The notes under the pieces: generated by a model | What the model was told of the DNA's origin: nothing | The model's database searches: none | The model's input: only the letters and a program-made list of their open reading frames with translations | Shown: one piece after another, positions 39,001-63,157 of the stretch | Layout of the letters: the number at the start of each line of letters is the position of its first letter | Numbering within the stretch: the stretch's first letter is position 1 | Source of the DNA: the human T2T-CHM13v2.0 reference genome, Homo sapiens | NCBI RefSeq assembly: GCF_009914755.1 | Contig: NC_060943.1 | Reading direction: 5' to 3' (one strand) | DNA length: 64,000 nt | Translations under genes and position numbers: made by a program

Positions 39001-39224
39001 TACCCTGAGCACTAAGAAATTGTACATATAATATTGCTTAAATACACAGATTATCACAGTCATGAGTAGAAATCCTTCCTTCCTTCTTCCTTCCTTCCTT
39101 CCTTCCTTCCTTCCTTCCTTCCTTCCTTCCTCCCTCCCTCCCTCCCTTCTCTCCCTCCCTCCCTCACTCCCCCCCCTTTCTTTCTTTCTTTCTTTCTTTC
39201 TTCTTTCCTTTTTTTTTTTTTTGA

Positions 39225-39593
<369 letters not shown>

Positions 39594-39911
39594 TAATAAA
39601 ATTTTCAGTTCAGCCAATGTGTTTCTCAGCGTTAGTATTTCTGTTTAAATTCTTGAAACTATTTCAATTTCTTTGCCAAATTTATCTGATACATTTCTAA
39701 ATTGGTTTTATTTGTTATCATGGAGTTTGCCTAGTTTTTTTTGTTGTTGTTGTTTTTGCATAACTGCTATTTTGAATTCTTCATCCAAGAGCTCACACAG
39801 CACCATCTTTTTAGGCTCAGTTCCTAGCTCCATGCTTTGTCCATTTGAGGTGGTCATAATTCCCTGTTTGCTCTTGTTTCTTTTGGACATTTGTCCATGG
39901 TCTTTCAATGA

Positions 39912-40232
<321 letters not shown>

Positions 40233-40629
40233 TAGTTTTTAATTCCGGTTCTGGCTGTCTGGTTGGTTTTGGTTTTCCTCATGTATGTTTGCTGAGAGGA
40301 TCTATGTAGTTGCCTGTGATGCCCGTTAATCCAAAATTGCCACCTCACTTTCATCAGTAGGTGGTATCTTAGGCCATCGTTATATAAGAGTAACTTTTTT
40401 TTCACTTTTTGGAAAATATTTTATTTGCCAAAATACATTTGAGAAAAATAATGTTGATTATACAAGCGGATAAAGCAATTGTCATATATATATACACACA
40501 TACACACACACATATATACATCTATACATATACACATATATATACATATACACACATATATACACATATATACATATATACACACACATATATACATATA
40601 TATATGTATACACGCACACACACAAATAT

Positions 40630-41010
40630 ATATACACTGTGGAATACTACTCAGCCATAAGAGGGAACAAAATAATGGCATTCATAGTGACCTGGATGAA
40701 ATTGGAGACTATTATTCTAAGTGAAGAAATTCAGGAATGAAAAACCAAATATTTTATGTTCTCATTCCTAAGTGGGAGCTAAGCTATGAGGATGCAAAGG
40801 CATAAGAATGCTACAATGGACTTTGGGGACTCGGGGGAAAGGGAGGGAGGAGGTGAGGGATAAAAGACTATAAATCGGGTTTAATGTATACTACTAGGGT
40901 GATGGGTGCACAAAAATCTCAGAAATCATCACTAAAGAACTTCTGCAAGTAACCAAACACCACGTTCCCCAAAAACCTATGGAAATAAGAAAGAAAATAA
41001 AAGAAAAATG
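40630..41010 (+). mobile_element. L1PB/L1MA-type 3' end preceded by (CATATA)n microsatellite (40483-40636)
   Basis: tggaatactactcagccataa...gagctaagctatgaggatgcaaaggcataagaatg. Confidence 0.85.
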
Positions 41011-41574
41011 ATGTTGGTTATAAGTTGTGCAAACCTGTGTCTTAACTTGTTCATTCCACCAGCATAAAATGCAGCAACACATGTGCAGTGTTGGCCCCAG
41101 GCAAATCTGCTTGAGACTCAATGTTCAAGATTGTTATTAGGTGGGGACCACATAGGCATAATGAGCAGCTACAGAGAAACCAGAGGAAACCGGGTGTTCG
41201 CCATGAATTACACTGTTTACAGAAACAGCCTAGTGAAGACATAACAGCAGAATTCAGTGCCGCAGGCACACAACCTCACGTTGTCTCTTAGTAACACAGG
41301 GGACATGCTAGAAGCAAGTTCCTAGATGCCAACCAAGAATCAAGCTCACAAACAAGTCCTTCTAAAGTTAGCATCCTCATCACTGTTAGGTTAACTTCTT
41401 CTTGCATATCCTTCACCTAAAAGAAATAGTAGTCATCTTCAATCCTTCAGCACAGCGTTCACACAGCACGTGCCTCCAGCTCTCCCAGATTCTTCTAGGG
41501 CCAGCACAGCTTTTCTGATGCAGATTTTTCAAAGTTCTCCAAACTGAAGAGTCAATCCAAAATCATCTTGACTT

Positions 41575-41710
41575 TCCATGTTGGCGGCCTTTGGGGGCCT
41601 TCTCTGGCTGTGCTGAGCCTGAAAGATCATCCCCTAGAGACCGCCAGGATCAAGCCAGCATGGTCATTGGAATGAGATTCTCCATTGCATAGTCTGAAGG
41701 GGCATGGTCA
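41575..41710 (-). pseudogene. Isolated degenerate LILRA-type TM exon
   Basis: Minus strand reads DYAMENLIPM..AGLILAV..IFQAQHSQRR with frameshifts; homologous to the LILRA5 TM exon. Confidence 0.8.
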
Positions 41711-41896
41711 GTAGACAGAACAGGGCATTCACTGGGGGCTAGACAGGCTGCACCCACATTGGGAGCCTGGATGGGTGTTTACACATTCACACTCCTGAAA
41801 GGGAAGTCGTAGTTACTCCTGACTTTGAAACTATACTTGGTGGATGCTGGTTGAGAGGATCAAGGACTCCTACGAATAAGAGCATGGGAGGATTAG

Positions 41897-42286
<390 letters not shown>

Positions 42287-42817
42287 TAACCTCAACTTCC
42301 ACCTCAGATGGAGCACTGTATGATTTCCTTCCTCAAATTTGTTCAAGTTCTTGGGCCTCATTGAGGTCACCACCAACCTCTCGGTTTGGGGGATATTAAG
42401 AGTTTAGATTTGCAACCACAACTCAGTGACAGAAAAAAGGAATTCAAAGATACAGGAATACTTAACTGTGCTCCTTTCTCATCTTCAATTTGTTCCCATA
42501 TTAGGTAAACCCGTGCTTAACCACTTAAGGTAAATACCTCTAGTAACTCTTCATCTGTCAATACAGAATTCAGAGATGCGTATGTGGGACTCTAGATTGT
42601 ACCAGAGTCCAGGGTACAACAGAGCTAAAGGCTGTCACTGCCTTTTCTATTGTTCTGCCTCATCTAATTATCTCTGTGGTCCAGTGTAGCTTAATACTAC
42701 TACTATTAAAAGTAATAATCACTGCCTCACTTTTAATGATTGGGTCCACTCATCTGTCCTGTTTTGCGATGAATGAGAGAATGATTTTAGAATCCAAGCC
42801 TTTTTTTTTTTTTTTGA

Positions 42818-43174
<357 letters not shown>

Positions 43175-43691
43175 TGAGAAAAAAGCAAAAAATTTTAAGG
43201 AGATAAATTAGAAAACAACATGTGCAGATGGATACATGGACAAAAAAATTAAGCTACCTAGAGATCTCGAATGTGTGTCAACCTAATACAAGGACTATTA
43301 GAGAATACAGGTGGGCAAGAATCACTTAACCCACTTTGTCATGGAAAATGTCTTTGAGGATGTGACAGGTTTGGAAAAATGAAAAAATGAGAAAGTGGTC
43401 ATTATATGAAGATCCAGAAAAATAATATTATTCAATATAGGATCAGCTGATTGAAGTATTCAACAAATATGCAGAAAGTTTCCTAGTGTGGACAAGACTT
43501 ATTTGATTATGAGGAAATTTAATAAGTGCTGTGAAGTAACATAGATCTGTATTCACAGATGTGCAATAAATTAAGTAAAAATCAATAAAGACATAAAATG
43601 AGAAAAAAACCTATCTACAATAAAACCATGAATCTCAAATCATTGGATGGAGAGAAATATACATATACAGAATACTCTCTGAGAATAACTA

Positions 43692-43979
<288 letters not shown>

Positions 43980-44554
43980 TTATCTTTCAAGTACTCAGTG
44001 TTGTGGTTTCTCCTGCCAGGGTGACAACCTGATGATTATGGAAATCTAATCAGAAAACTGCTATCTTGCTTTTATTCCTACCTCCACAGGATGAAAACAG
44101 TTAATGGTAGAGATAAAATATGTCCAGAGTAGACAGGAGTCACAGAAAAAGTGAATTCTGATACGTTCTTTCCCAGGAAGTTACTGGTACAGAAGTTTAG
44201 AACTGAGATACCTTTTGGAAACAAGGATGGCATTCTGCCTTTGATGGATGGAAGAGTACTATCCCAGATTTAGATAGAGTTTGCTAAAGGCGTCTATCTT
44301 AGAGTGGCTGAGCCATCTCCACTTCAAGCTATGACTTTCTGTGAATTACCCACCCACTTGTCCTTCACAATAAGAGCTTACCCACCCACTTGTCCTACAG
44401 AATAAGAGGGACCTTTTAGTCTGCTCTTCTGATTGCGGACCTGATTCCACAGGTGCCTGGGGCATCTTTGCAATCCCTAGGAATCAGCACCATGGACAGG
44501 GGCAAGGAATAGGGTCCACTCCTCTCTCCACTTCAGCTGGACCTCTTGTTCGTT

Positions 44555-44557
44555 TTT

Positions 44558-44629
<72 letters not shown>

Positions 44630-44753
44630 TTCTCTCTTTCTCTCTTTTTCTTTCTTTTCTCTCTCTCCTCTTCTTTTCTTTCTTTCTTTCTCTTTCTTTC
44701 TCTCCTTCTTCCCTTCTTTCTTTCTTTCTTTCTTTCTTTCTCTTCCTTCCTTC
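44555..44753. repeat. (TTTC)n compound microsatellite
   Basis: Direct inspection. Confidence 0.95.
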
Positions 44754-45553
44754 CAACTTTTATTTCAGACACAGGGAGTACAAGTACAAATTTCTTACAT
44801 GGGAATATTGCTTGATGCTGAGGTTTGGAGTACGGATCACATCCCCCAACTAGTGAGCATAATACCCAATAAGTAGTTTTTAACCCTCTTCCACCCTCTA
44901 GTAATCCACAGTGTCTATTTTTCCTATCCTTATGCTCATCTTTTTCTTTACACATTTCACCTCATACTGACCACCCAGCAGGAACAAAATACCTCAATGC
45001 TGCTTGGAAAATAAGGCTCCCTCCCTTCATCTCTACCTTTCTTCCCAGGCTCTCTGGAAACAACCTCTTCTGTAAAGACTTCAAGGGCAGAAGAATAAGC
45101 TGAGAAACTCAGCCCAGAGCTGCCGGAGACTGTGACTCCTGTAGTCTGTGAGGACCTTGTTGCTCAGCCAACATGAAGTGAGTCCATGAGGGTGAGGAGC
45201 TGCAGATCCCACAGACTGTTTGGGGCAGGGACAGAAGGAGTAGGTGGGGTTGTGGTGCCTCTTGCTCTGTTCCTCAGCTTCATCTCTTTTGCTCAAAGGT
45301 TGGCCCCCTACCTTTTCAAATCTTCTCATTCCACTCACCCAGCACCTTCTGTGACCCCCGAGTAGGGTAAGGCATGGAGAGTGAGAATGACCCCCACTTT
45401 CATGAATTTCTTCATCCCTTTCTGAGATGGGATTGCCCTATGACTGGTCCCTGCTGTTTTTCCTTCCTTCTATCCCAGGCCGGGGCTCTCCTAGCACAGG
45501 GATGCATGCTAAGGTTTAGAATCTTAACGGATGTGGTGCTTGGAGCTCCTGTA

Positions 45554-45851
45554 CTGAGACCAAAATCTTTAGGGGTCACTGGGGTGTGACAATAGGGGTA
45601 AGGAGGAACTATGTGGACCACAGCACTAGTAGGTCCCCCTGTGGGCTGAAGTCAGAGGGCTTGGAGTAAACTTGGCCTGAGAGAGTAAGGCCATGTCTTT
45701 CAATCGATGGTTTTGGGGAGGCACAAGTGACCGGTCCTTGGACAGACAGAAGGTACCCAACCAGATCTCTGAGTAGCACTGCAAGGTCAAGTTCTCTCCC
45801 GAGGACACTAAGGGCCCTGGCTCAGACAAATGGAGGGTTTCTTGTACATTT
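45554..45851 (-). pseudogene. Isolated LILR/KIR-type Ig C2 domain pseudoexon
   Basis: MYKKPS..PGPLVSSGENLTLQCYSEIWLGTFCLSKD...QAKFTPSPLTSAHRGTY*CCG...LSHPSDP; stop and frameshifts; ~298 nt. Confidence 0.85.
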
Positions 45852-46306
45852 CTAGGAAATATGAAGGTTGCAGTGTGTACAAAGCAGCCCCTTCCCACAT
45901 GTCCTGGACCCCGAACTGAGGGACTGGCCTCCTCTCTCTCAGCTCCTGTTAGACTCTTGGTGTGGGTCTTTGTAATCTCCAGGCCTCTCACTCTCCTTTT
46001 CTAAGTTGCTCTCCTTGGACCACTGCCTCATCGCATCCTCTACTCTAGGACCCTCTCCCTGGACCCTCAACCCAGGGATGACCCTGGTCCCAGGACCCTG
46101 AGCATATAATCAAGACAGGGGGCTAGGCCAGGCGCAGTGGCTCACCCCTGTAATCCCAGCACTTTGGGAGGCCGAGGTGGGCAGATCACGAGGTCAGGAG
46201 ATCGAGACTATCCTGGCCAACATGATGAAACCCAGTCACTACAGGCCAGGTGCGGTGGCTCACACCTTTAATCCCAGCACTTTGGGAGGCTGTGGCGGGC
46301 AGATCA

Positions 46307-46570
<264 letters not shown>

Positions 46571-46942
46571 TTAGGACGCCATTTTGGATTTATCTTTTCC
46601 TGGAGGGCATCTGATCTTCTCCCATGGATTTAGTTACTGGTTCAGGTGTGGAACTCTGAACTGAAGAGATGGAGGCTCAGTAAAGCACACAGGGAGTGTG
46701 ATAATGAGAATTGAAGTGGACTGTGTGACACGCCAAGGACCAGAGCATGCAGGTGTGCAGAGATGTGGACCCAACGCTGCCTGCCATGTGGGATGTAGCC
46801 TCATGTCTCGGGCTGGGAAGAGAAGGGAATCCAACCAAGGGAAGTCAACATTAATAGAAAGGAAAGGTGTCACATTTTAATGGTCCTCCATGGATCACCC
46901 CAGACCAGTGTCTCTGCACTCAAACACCCATTCCTCCCTCTA

Positions 46943-47161
<219 letters not shown>

Positions 47162-47224
47162 CTAGGACCATCAGATTCGCTTCCAAGGCTCCAGCATTCA
47201 ATGGTGCATTGTTCTCTCTTCTGT

Positions 47225-52790
<5,566 letters not shown>

Positions 52791-53197
52791 GGTCAGTGAT
52801 TTTTCAGCCCTGGAGATGCTTCAGGGAAGATGCAGGTCCATGCCACAGGCAGACTCAGATCAGCAGAGACACATCTGACACCTGGCTGTGTAGCCCAGGC
52901 TGAGCTGCATGTGGCAATGAGCACAGAGGAGAAATGCAGGGAAATAGGGGAGGAAATCATGACCCTTTAGTGGCCCTGGAGTGTTTTCTTTCTAACCAAT
53001 AGTACTCTCTTTCTTGTACTTCCCTTAATTTTTTTTTTTTTTTTTTTTTTTGCAACAGCGTCCACCTCCACCCCACCTCCAGTAACAAACCTCTGAATCT
53101 TTTCTGCCTCCACTGTGCCTTCTGTTTCTTTGGGCTTCCCTCTATACCTCAATCCATGTTCAACATTTTTGGAGTAATTACTTAGGCTTTGTTTTAA

Positions 53198-53544
<347 letters not shown>

Positions 53545-53864
53545 TGATCCGCCTACCTCGGCCTCCCAAAGTGCTGGGATTACAGGCGTGAGCCACTGCG
53601 CCCGGCTGGTGGGGAGTTGATTTCTATGTAATTCCCGATTATTATCTACGGCTTGTGTGATCTTGGGCAGTACTGTCTCATCTCTGAGCCTCAGTTTCCC
53701 TGTGTGGAGCCTGTTGTCATGAACCTCACTCATCACAGCGGATGTGGGGGTCAGCCGTGCTTGGGTCATGGGAGAGGCTCAATCACGGTTAATGTCTAGA
53801 CTAGATTAAGACATGAGGGGTTGGGACATGAGAGGATTCTGGTTTCAGTCTCTATGATTATGTC

Positions 53865-54747
53865 ACAGAGGTGCAGAAAAAGCATTTGATAAAATCCTGC
53901 ATCCCTTCATGATAAAAATTCCCAACAAACAAGGTACAGAGGGACATACCTCAAAATACTAAAGGCGATAGGTGACGAAATCCCAGCCAATATCGCAAAC
54001 AGGGAAAAATAGAAAGCATTCCCCCTAAGAACTGGAGCATGACAAAGATGTGCACTGTCACCACTCTTCAACGTAGTACTGGAGGTCCTTGCCAGAGCAA
54101 TCAGGCAAGACAAAGAAATAAAACACATCTAAATTGGAAAAAAAAAAAGTGAAATTATTTCTGTTCGCTGATGATATTATCTTATACCTCAAAAACCCTA
54201 AAGACTCAGCCAAAACACTCTTAGATTTGATAAAGAAATGCAGTAAAGTTTCAGGATATAGAATCAAAGTACAGAAATCAGTAGCATTTCTGTACTCCAA
54301 TAATGACGAAGCTGAGAACCAAGTCAAGGAGGCAATCCCATGGACAGTGGGTGCACAAAAATAAAACACCTGGGAATATATTTAACCAAGGAGGTGAAAG
54401 ATTTCTACAAGGAAAACTTCAAACCAGTGATGAAAGAAATTGTAGAAGACACAAACAGATGGAAAAACATCCCATTCTCATAAATCAGAATAATTACTAT
54501 GATTAAAATGACCACATTGCCCAAAGCAATCTACAGATTTAATGCAGTCCTTACAAAAATACCTTCATTTTTCACAGACTTAGAAAAAGAAACCTTAAAA
54601 GTTATATTGAGCCAAAAAAAGAGCCCAAACAGCCATAGCAATCCTAAGCAAAAAGAGCAAAGCTAGAGACATCACATTAACTGACTCAAAGTTTACAAGG
54701 CTATAGTAACCAAAAGAGCATGACACTGGTATAAAAATAGACATATA
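53865..54747 (+). mobile_element. L1 ORF2 (RT) fragment
   Basis: [36 protein letters not shown]. Confidence 0.92.
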
Positions 54748-55047
54748 GGCCAGTTGCAGTGGCTCACGCCTCTAATCCCAGCACTTTGGGAGGCTGAGGC
54801 AGGTGGATTACGAGGTCAGGAGTTCAAGACCAGCTTGGCCAACATGGTGAAACCCCGTCTCTGCTAAAAATACAAAAGAATTAGCCAGGTGTGGTGATGG
54901 GTGATCTCAAATTAACAACCTAACATCACAACTAAAAGAACTAGAGAATAATCCGCCCGGCGCGGTGGCTCACGCCTGTAATTCCAGCACTTTGGGAGGC
55001 TGAGGCGGGTGGATCACAAGGTCAGGAGATCGAGACCATCCTGGCTA

Positions 55048-56618
<1,571 letters not shown>

Positions 56619-57420
56619 TGAGGTAGGATGTGGGACTTTGGAGGCGGGGACTCTGACACCACGCCAGATTGAGAACTAGCTAAAACAGGGCAGAGGGTGG
56701 AAGCAGCTCTTCTTAAGACACGCCCACCAGTGTGGCATCCCGCTTTACCGTTGCCATGGCAACCCCCGGAAGGTACCGCCCTTTTCCACGGCAAAGACCC
56801 ACTGACCGGAAGTTACCGCCCTTTTTCTAGGAATTTCTGCATACCTGACCTTTAATTTGCATATAATTAAAAGCAGGTACAAGAGTGGCTGCAGGTGTGT
56901 TTCTGAGCTGCTATTCTGGGCACACCGCCTGTGGGGCAGCCCTGCCACCCTAGGAGCAGTACCTCTGCTGCTGCTGTGCTCGGCCACTTGACTAGAGGTT
57001 GCCGTATCCCTTAAGGGGTTGTGTAACACCAGCTCACCCTTAAATTCCTTTTTTTTTGTTTTTGAGATAGAGTTTTACTCTGTCACCCAGGTTGAAGTGC
57101 AATGGCGCCATCTCGGCTCGCTGCAATCTCTGCCTCCGGAGTTCAAGCGATTCTCTTGCGTCAGCTCCCAAGTAGCTGGAATTACAGGCACCCGCCACCC
57201 CACCCTGCTAATTTTTGTAGTCTTTAGTAGAGACGGGGTTTCACCGTGTTGGCCAGGTTGGTCTCAGACTCCTGACCTCAAATGATCTGCCCGCCTCAGC
57301 CTTCCAAGGTGCTGGGATGACAGGTGTGGACCACCGCGACCGGCCTAAATTCTTTCTTAGGCAAAGCCAAGAACTCTTCTGGGCTATGCCCCGATTTGGG
57401 AGCTCCCCTTCCCCGCATCA
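56619..57420 (+). mobile_element. MER66/MER41-group LTR with an inserted Alu (57047-57346), followed by probable internal sequence
   Basis: TG...CA ends; ctagctaaaacaggg, agacacgcccaccagtg, gttgccatggcaac, ccggaagttaccgccc. Subfamily assignment is from memory. Confidence 0.7.
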
Positions 57421-58301
57421 TCTAGTTACCAGGAAGGGATGACGGAGACAGCGAGTGAGAGGCAGAGAGACTTTCCGCAGAGGCAGGGACAATTAGGAGA
57501 GAGGCCAGATGGCTAGACAGCAGAGATGGTGACAGTGATCAGCGGAGGGGTGGCAATGGGTGAAAGACACGGAGAGGTGGCACTGGGCTAGACAGCGAGA
57601 GGTTGCTGAGACAGTCGGAGAGACAGCGGGGCGGGGCAGTCTGTGATCAGGGCTCCAAGAGCGGTCACACAGGCTGTAACAGTAAACAGCTGCTAATACT
57701 GCAGAGCTGTCACACTAACCAAAGGCTTTGCTTTTGGCGCCTTCATCTTTCCTTGGATAGTGGTGGAGCTCAGCGATGGGCAAGCAGGTGAGACCCCCGC
57801 TCCAACCGACAGGCCCATGGGTTACCAGTCCCCGCACCGGACCCCTGGGTGACAGCTGAGCCCACCCAAGCTGGGGGATCCTGCAGAGACCTTCACCTGG
57901 GCCCCATGTGGAAGATTTTTGATGTTATTTAGGCTTTTGGGGATGGGGGAGTGTCCCCTCTGCCTCCCCCGTAATATCTGGTGAGCCGTATGGGTAATGC
58001 GAGCACTAGACACCTAAACCCCACCAGAACGCAATGCATCCATGTAAGGAACCTGCGCGTGTAGCGCCTGAATCTAAAAAAATAGAGTAACATTAAAAAC
58101 AACAACAACAATAAAGCCGTGTGAGGTGGCTCACGCCTGTAATCTCAGAACTTTGGGAGGCCGAAGCGGGTGGATCACCTGAGGTCAGGAGTTTGAGACC
58201 AGCCTGGCCAACATGGTGAAACACCGTCTCTACTGAAAATACAAAAACTTAGCTGGGCATGGTGGTGGGTGCCTGTAATCCCAGCTACTCATGAATTATC
58301 A

Positions 58302-58694
<393 letters not shown>

Positions 58695-59019
58695 CTAGAG
58701 TCCACCTTCTATCAATGTCACAAGCATGACACTCAGAACAGAGAGGAAAAGATTATATTTGAAGTCCTAATATAAATTTAATTTACCATATTGAAGTATA
58801 AGTATTTTAGAGTTGCTTCATGAATTTTTTGCTAAAATCTAAAAAGAAAACCCATAAAAAACCCTAAATGTAATGACGTTAATGCAGTTCCTGACAGTGA
58901 CTTTTAGCCCTTCTGCAAACTTTTGTTTCGTTGCCTTCCTGACCGTATGACGCAATGAAATTTCGATTTGCTTTAATTTCTGCTTCCTCTTTCCCTATGT
59001 TTCAGTTCTGAAGGTATGA

Positions 59020-59169
<150 letters not shown>

Positions 59170-60003
59170 TGACAGGCATGAGCCACCACGCCCAGTTAAT
59201 TTTTGTATTTTTAGTAGAGACAGGATTTCACCCTGTTGGTCAGGCTGGTCTCGAATTCCTCACCTCAGGTGATCCACCTGCTTTGGCCTCCCAAAGTGCT
59301 GGGATTACAGGTGTGAGCCACCGTGCCCGGCCAGGATATTTTTTTCTTTAGAGCACTTACTTCACTTTCTTTGAGTGAAGTTGGATGGGTTACAGCCGTT
59401 GTGGTGTTACAAAGAATAATTCTGAGAGAAATATTGTTATTTGTTGGTAAAATAAAAGTGTCTTAAGTTAAAAGTTTCCTTTGAGACCCAATAAAGAAAT
59501 TAGTATTACTACATAATGCATTTATTTACAAGTCTTTTTTTGCATGTCCATTGTAAATTTAATATTTTAATTTACAATGAGTTTACAAATAATTTTTACA
59601 AATAAATGTTACAAATAAAAATAATTTACAATGAGTAAATGAGTTGGAATTTATTTACATGCTTATGGCTGCCTTTGATTAAACTTCTTCCAAAAATAAA
59701 CTCTGTCCAGATGTTGGGTTTTATTATACTTAATTTCATTTTAATGTTATTTCATGTGAGATTACTTGAATACAAGCTGTTGCATAATTGCTCCCAAGTG
59801 GAGTCTTTGCTGTGCACTTGCATACCCCAGAGTGGGAGGTTTGGGGATTCTGAATGGCCAGGGCAGCGTGTGGGTGTACCTTCACAGGCCTGATGTGTGA
59901 GCCTTCAAACACCGGGGTGGAGGAAGTGATTAAATAGAGGATGCAATGGTCTGGAGGCAATTTATAGCCCAGAGACCATACCTGGGGCATTTCTCTTCCT
60001 TAT

Positions 60004-60927
60004 CTAGCACACAAAGTAGAACCGTGACACTCGGGCGTCACTGACAATGAACACAAAGGGGCTGAATGTCGGGAATCCTGCAGACGCCAGGAAAGAGGTA
60101 CTTCTCAGCCATTGGCTTGGATTCTGAATCTGGGTTACGCACAATGACAAAATATCAGCTAGAGCATGAGAGGAGACAAACATGCTCACCAGGATGAGGA
60201 TGGTGTGTGTGGTTGTGGTTTCATGAGATGTTCTGCGGGAGAGGTTGCGGCTGCGAACATGTTGGACTCTCTGCTTGTATCTATGCAGGACGAGGACCAT
60301 GGAGCTGCTGGTGCAGATCATGAGGGAGACACATATACGGGAGACACATATACCATCTGTGCAGCAGTAAATGACTGCAACTATTACATACAGCGATCTT
60401 CCTGGATAGGGTGAGGAGCAGTATCTATACATTTTTTCCATACTCATGTTTTTGCTCTTTATTGGGTCAGTTATATACTTTGCAGTATAAATATTTACAA
60501 CAAGATTCAAGATCCAACAGAGGAAACAGCAGAAAACTATAAACTTTGGGGATCTAATTCAGAGTTCCATCTTCCCAGAGATACTGGGGTGAAGCTTCGT
60601 GGCCTGGAAGCCACTGAAGAGGCAGGTGGTGCTGAGGGAAACCCCTCTGGCCACTCTGTGTAGGTAGAAGACAAGTTTACATCCAGCCTCATCCAGGAAA
60701 GGTTTCAATCCAAAAGCCGCCACTGTCTGAGGGATCCCTTTAGAGAAAAGAACCGGGTTGTTGGCTAAGACCAGCTGGCTGAGAATCAGGTCTCTGGGTC
60801 TCACTATTTGTGTGGGGACAAAAGTAAAGCTATAAAAGTAAAGGAGTAGAGAATTTCCAAGGATTCCAGCAGCGGTCTGAATGAGAAAGGTAATACTCCA
60901 ATTTAAGTTAACAGAAACCATCTCCAT
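60004..60927 (-). pseudogene. Vomeronasal type-1 receptor (V1R/VN1R) pseudogene
   Basis: Single exon, 307 codons; V1R motifs GILGNSLLL, GCKLVFYLHRVARGVSLSTTCLFSGFQA, SSSMVLVLHRYKQRVQHV, FPTFSPFV; in-frame TGA at 60559-60561. Confidence 0.95.
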
Positions 60928-61014
60928 TTAGAGGAGATGTTGGAGTTTGATTCTATTTTCATCAGAGGAATCTGTAGACTGAAAAATACAATTGAGTGTT
61001 TTCACTGTACCCGG

Positions 61015-61416
61015 TTTCATGCGCTTCCGTGTGAAGAGACCACTAAACAGGCTTTGTGTGAGCAGTAAAGCTTTTAATCACCTGGGTGCAGGTGGGCTGA
61101 GTCCAAAAAGAGAGTCATCGAAGGGAGATAGGGGTGGGGCCATTTTATAGGATTTGGGTAGGTAAAGGAAAAAGAGGGGTTGTTCTCTGGTGGGCAGGTG
61201 TGGGGGTCACAAGGTGCTCCGTAGAGGAGCTTTTGAGCCAGGATGAGCCAGGAGAAGGAATTTCACAAGATAATGTCATCAGTTAAGGCAGGAACAAGCC
61301 ATTTTCACTTCTTTTGTGGTGGAATGTCATCAGTTAAGGCAGGAACCAGCCATCTGGATGTGTACGTGCAGGTCACAGGGGATATGATGGCTTAGCTTGG
61401 GCTCAGAGGCCTGACA
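61015..61416 (-). mobile_element. Solo LTR7-family (HERV-H) LTR
   Basis: Minus strand TGTCAGGCCTCTGAGCCCAAGCTAAGCCATCATATCCCCTGTGACCTGCACG...TCTCTTCACACGGAAGCGCATGAAA; TSD cccgg/cccag. Confidence 0.93.
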
Positions 61417-61897
61417 CCCAGAAAATGCCTTTTTCTCACGAAACTCATTATTCCAGGTGAATACAAACATTAAGAACAAACTTGTACAATTACAAAGCTA
61501 TTTATTCCAAAATTATGATTTGTAAAACTACAATGACTTGAACCCACTTAATTTCAATCAAAGAAAGACTCAATAAATTCCTGGGCCTCCCCACAGTGGA
61601 GTCCTGGGCAGCTGTGGGTGAGATGAATGAGTTATCTTGAAGGCTGACCTTCCAAGACGTGTAGTTGTGTAGTTGGGGTGGCAGGGAGAAAAGAAAAAGA
61701 AAGATTCAGGACGTTATCAACAGTTAACTTTATTTTACTCAGAACCAGAGAAAAATGGTATAGTGTTATGTCATTGTGTGTGTATTTTGTAATCTATTTT
61801 TTAAAATGAAAGATTAATCAATACCTTTAAAAGTGGGTAGTTGAGAGAGAGAGAGAAAACAGTGCAGAGGAGACAGAATAAAGCTAGACTGACATCA

Positions 61898-63157
<1,260 letters not shown>

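Noticed and set aside
44484-44955. K/E/R-rich ORFs
   Set aside because: Translation of the (TTTC)n microsatellite.
56750-56763. Perfect palindrome GTTGCCATGGCAAC (RFX X-box) with ETS sites
   Set aside because: Appears to be a standard part of this LTR family; no locus-specific evidence.
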